Of a stretch of 64,000 nt of DNA, positions 59,925 to 64,000 are shown piece by piece. Source of the stretch: Hamiltosporidium tvaerminnensis FI-OER-3-3 (taxonomy: Eukaryota > Fungi > Microsporidia); assembly GCA_022605425.2 (NCBI GenBank), contig CM061251.1, positions 682,001-746,000 of the forward strand. Reading direction: 5' to 3'. Every line of letters begins with the position of its first letter. Within the stretch, counting starts at the first letter, position 1. The position numbers and the translations under genes are program-made. The notes below the pieces were generated by a model. The model worked only from the letters and a program-made list of their open reading frames with translations, was not told the origin of the DNA and did no database searches.

Positions 59925-61400
59925 TTAATCGTATAATATAGTCAAAATAACCTTAAAAAGCGATAAACACATTTCATCTCGTAATTTTATGTGCATTTTA
60001 AAAAGTAAATCATCGTCAGAACTAAAGTTCTCTAACATAACAACAATGTTTTTTAAATATTCTATCATTTCTTCATTTTCAAGGAATATTCCAATGAATT
60101 TGCTTTTAAAAAATTTAACGAACGTTTTAAAATCCTGATTGTTGTTCATTGTATTGATTTGAATATTTTTTTCGTTTATATTTTCTAGAAGTACTTTAAA
60201 TAACTTCAATAGCTTGATCGTAGTGTTTTTTTCGGTTTCAAAAATGAAAATTTTTATTTGCCTTAATATTTGTGAGGATATATCAAGTCTTTCTATTTCA
60301 TTAAAAAATTTGTTGAAACTTTCTATGGCATTTTCTGGTTCATTTATCCACTCCATAACGTCTTCTTTGTTTTCTAGATAAATATTAAGCAATTTTCTAG
60401 CAAACACCCAAGAAAATCTTTCGAATTCGTTTAAAATCCATTTTAAATCATTTTCTTCCTTTCTAAATTCTTGCAAAAATTCTGAAATCATTTTCTTAGG
60501 TTCTTCTGTAGCAGGAATATATCGACTAACTAACTTATCAATATCGGGGATAAATAGTATACCAAGAAAATTCTCTAATATATCTAGTAGAAAACCTTTC
60601 AATAAAATATCTGAAGAAATTTTTGTCAATGTATCATAAATATTGTTTAAATCAAATATGTTGGCTTTACTTAAGAGGAAGATAACAAAATCAGTTGTGT
60701 TTTTGCTTTTTAAACTGATTTTCTCCGTTTTTTCATATAAAAATTCTGCGTTCGTTATCATATCTGCAATTTTATGAATCTTTGATAATACATTAACAGA
60801 ATTATCTTTAATTTCAATCGTAATATAACCGAATTCGCCTTCATTTCTGCTCATTTCTTGCAATAATGAAATTATTTTGTCAATAAAATTGAATTCGGAT
60901 GCACCTCGTATGAGAACTAGTCCAAATTTTGTTAAAATATCAGGTTTATATTTCTTCCAAAAAATATTCAGTTTCTCAACAGACATCAAATAAGGAAGGA
61001 AAACAACATTATAAGATTTAGTCATTATATCATCTATTGTGTAACCTTCAAGTAATTTTTCCTTATTTTCATCATTACCGTATAAAAAAAGCTCACTGCA
61101 CTTAAATAGCTCATTGGCATGTTGATAAGAAAGACAAGGACTTATACTAAGCTTTCCTTCTTCTTTAATATTAAAAATACCTATATTTTTATTCCTATCA
61201 ATCAATTTCCTCAATCTTTTGGCGTAAGAAGAAGCAGTAAATTCATTAAATTCGTTAAACTGTTTTACTTCTTTTGAAAGTTTTTTCTTCGCCTTTACAC
61301 CACAAAAAAGTGAAATAGATCCAATTATCACAACAATGGTACCAATTAAGATCCCCAAACCAACTATTATTTTTTTCGTTTTTAAAATTTCCATACCCAT
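59925..61400 (-). CDS. Lineage-specific N-terminally membrane-anchored alpha-helical protein (paralog B)
   Basis: 491 aa. Shares NEFNEFTASS..KRLRK, SEFNFI.K.ISLL, FLL.KANIFD, ETEK.TT..LL and C-terminal ILTILYD with paralog A. Confidence 0.82.
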   Translation of the reverse strand: MGMEILKTKKIIVGLGILIGTIVVIIGSISLFCGVKAKKKLSKEVKQFNEFNEFTASSYAKRLRKLIDRNKNIGIFNIKEEGKLSISPCLSYQHANELFKCSELFLYGNDENKEKLLEGYTIDDIMTKSYNVVFLPYLMSVEKLNIFWKKYKPDILTKFGLVLIRGASEFNFIDKIISLLQEMSRNEGEFGYITIEIKDNSVNVLSKIHKIADMITNAEFLYEKTEKISLKSKNTTDFVIFLLSKANIFDLNNIYDTLTKISSDILLKGFLLDILENFLGILFIPDIDKLVSRYIPATEEPKKMISEFLQEFRKEENDLKWILNEFERFSWVFARKLLNIYLENKEDVMEWINEPENAIESFNKFFNEIERLDISSQILRQIKIFIFETEKNTTIKLLKLFKVLLENINEKNIQINTMNNNQDFKTFVKFFKSKFIGIFLENEEMIEYLKNIVVMLENFSSDDDLLFKMHIKLRDEMCLSLFKVILTILYD

Positions 61401-61957
61401 AGATTTTTAAAACAATATATATTTATCCAATTTACTATATAAAGGGTATTACTGGCAAATTTAATTAATTTTAATTTTTTTATGCTTAAAGATATAAAAA
61501 TTATTTATATTCCAAAAAAGTATTTTAACGCATTTATTTCTTTTATCAGCATTAAAAAAAATTTTAAAAATTAATTAACTGATTAAAATAAATCGGATTC
61601 TCTTTAGTTTTTTTGTTCGTGACATCAATTATGAAATAGAAAGCCTTTTTAATGAAGGAAATATCTTATTTGGGGAAATATATGTTAGCACCAACTAATA
61701 TTACATGTAAATCGATATAAACTAATTTTTAATTAGAATAAGCTACATTTGTACTGAACAATATAGTTATATCTCTGTATAAGTTTTTTACAATTACAAA
61801 CTTAGATAAACATTGTATTTATAGTATGTTATACAACACAAATATAAATACGCTTAGAAAATGACTACAAATAACTAAATTTTACCTAAAAAATATGAAA
61901 TTCTTTCTATGAATTAAGAAATTTATACAGAAAAAGTATTTATTATCTTTGCTTAAA

Positions 61958-62320
61958 ATGTAAGTCTCTGAAATATATCTTAACAGGAAATTTATTGGGT
62001 TCAGAAAGTGTAGAGTAAGTGGCAAGGCTGCATAGTCTTGGGGGAGCCCAGGAGGGGCTTCGGTCTTCGATCACACTCCATGCAACGGACATTAACGAAC
62101 TTCAGGAAACTGCATCGCCTATTAATTAGGTTATACATACCCGGTAGATAAAAGTATTTGGGACGTAGGTATCGCTGGAGGTATAGATATAGTGTTGGGG
62201 TTGCAGTCGTATATCTTAAACCTAGAACTGCGTTGATGTCATGAAAACAAATATAACACTTACTACTGCTTTAAAAAAATGTGATACTTTTGAACAAAGA
62301 TATTTGCTAAAATTTATGAG
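61958..62320 (+). repeat. Dispersed repeat, copy 3 (partial, inverted relative to copies 1 and 2)
   Basis: CGATCACACTC, GACATTAACGAAC and CATGAAAACAAATATAACA are reverse complements of blocks in copies 1 and 2. Confidence 0.78.
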
Positions 62321-62627
62321 TGTATTATAATTTCCATATAAGTTTGCTTGAAGTTTAAAGTATAGAACCGTTGCCTATAAAAATATATGTTTTCTAAACA
62401 AACTCGAGACTTTAACCTATCCATAACTTTTTAAAAAAGCGATTTCAGCTAAATATTATAATTTGTATCATTGGTATAATTATATTTTGTTTTTGGATCA
62501 GTTGCCTGGAACAAAACCAAAGATTTTGATTATTAAAAACCTTAAATTTATAATAATAAATTAGTAGAATAATTTAAAATAAATTTTACGTACCTTTGAG
62601 TATATAAATATAGTAAATATCACAAGA

Positions 62628-62844
62628 TGTAGAGGATGTATGATCATTTAAAAACCATCTCCTTGGAAAAGTGTGTATTGAAATAGGGTGAAGATTATTG
62701 CTGTCATGATGGTGGATATAAGGCACATTGGATCTATAGGGTAATTCCCGATAATTCCGGGTGTACCAGATTAAAAGAAACAAATGGAAACCTTCCATTT
62801 TTTCATCCTCGATACTGAAAGGTAAAAGAGAACTGGAATAAATA
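62628..62844 (+). mobile_element. 217-bp insertion flanked by 16-bp direct repeat (putative short retroposon or 5'-truncated retroelement)
   Basis: AGTAAATATCACAAGA occurs at 62612-62627 and 62845-62860. The insert is more GC-rich than its flanks and ends in AATAAATA. Confidence 0.7.
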
Positions 62845-64000
62845 AGTAAATATCACAAGACTAGAAATTAATATTTTAACGTTATTGCTATACCAACCTT
62901 ATTCTGTGTTACAAACATTCTTGAGGTATACATCATTATATTAAACAATTAAAATCTGTCTATAAAAACATTCTTAGAAAACTCGGTTTCTATAGACGTT
63001 GTTTCTCCTTAAAATATTATCATTTTTATAGAAAAGTAATATTACTTGAAGATATTTTAGGAACAAAATCGATCCCCAATGAAGTAAAATGTACGATATT
63101 CCTTTTTTTTGAAATACAAAAAATTCTGCAGAAGAAATTCTCGCGTTTTATTGTAACGAGAAATTTTCTTGTTAGTGATAATGACACATCCTATTGATTC
63201 TAATGATCTGTGAAGTTATGCTCCTCGATTTATATATTCCGATAGAGTCTCATGCTATATTAAGACTTAAACATGCAATGAGATCTTCAAATATATACCA
63301 ATGGAATTTTAAAATTTTTTTTATTAATGATAAACAAAGATTGATATAGTATCATCTGACAGTAAGAAGTTGTAAAACAAAAACTTACCGAAAAATTTTC
63401 TCTTGGATTTTAATTCATTAGCTAAAGGCATGACACTCTAATTTTCTAGAATAATTGACATAAAGAGAATAGTAATATTCACTTTTCCTGATTATACAAT
63501 ACAGATGTTCCAATATAAAAGAATCAAACACAAAGCCTAGATTCTTCTTGTAAAATGTTGAATTTCTCTCTAATAATATCAATTTTACTTCACTACAATG
63601 ATCTTAACCATTTACAAAATGCGTGAAATAATATTCGTTAAAATACAAGGTATTCAATATAGTATTAAAAATAAATATGAACTAGATTAAGCATTTATGT
63701 AATATTTTGAGATATGATTGGATTATCCCCTTTGGAAAATTCAAGTTTCAAAACAATTTATAATATTTACAATATAATATCCTCAATAAGAAATTTAGGT
63801 TTATAAAGAATAATTATTTTTTGTATGAAAGCTTTAACTCTAAATGCAAATATTATCTATTTGATGAAATATTTAAAATTTTTCTATTGTTTTTCTAATT
63901 CATGTTTTTCTCTATGTTTTAAAAAGATGTGATACTTTTAAATAAAGTTAAGCCATATAAAGAATGTATATAAATCAAATGTAAGTTACAATTTAGATTT

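Overview
Very AT-rich, intron-poor eukaryotic DNA with CCC motifs just before several ATGs. It is most consistent with a large-genome microsporidian (Hamiltosporidium-like; this is inference). Scattered core genes: DNA polymerase B subunit (probably Dpb2), Erg28-like, pescadillo/Nop7, tRNA-Ser(TGA), Csm3/Tipin-like, Nop58 and ASNSD1-like. There are also lineage-specific secreted/LRR-like genes and a paralogous pair of membrane-anchored helical proteins. Much of the rest is a layered mobilome. (1) An intact R4/Dong-like RLE non-LTR retrotransposon bounded by an exact 14-bp TSD, whose ORF begins at the insertion junction (no 5' UTR), plus at least five truncated or decayed relatives. (2) A Ginger1-like integrase DNA transposon with TIRs. 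(3) A complete DD39D (plant-type) mariner with Stowaway-like TIRs. (4) Two copies of a ~220-230-bp non-autonomous element that looks like RTE 5' and 3' ends joined together. (5) A separate 217-bp insertion with a 16-bp TSD. (6) A ~0.7-kb dispersed repeat in three copies. No CRISPR, rRNA or prokaryotic features were seen.
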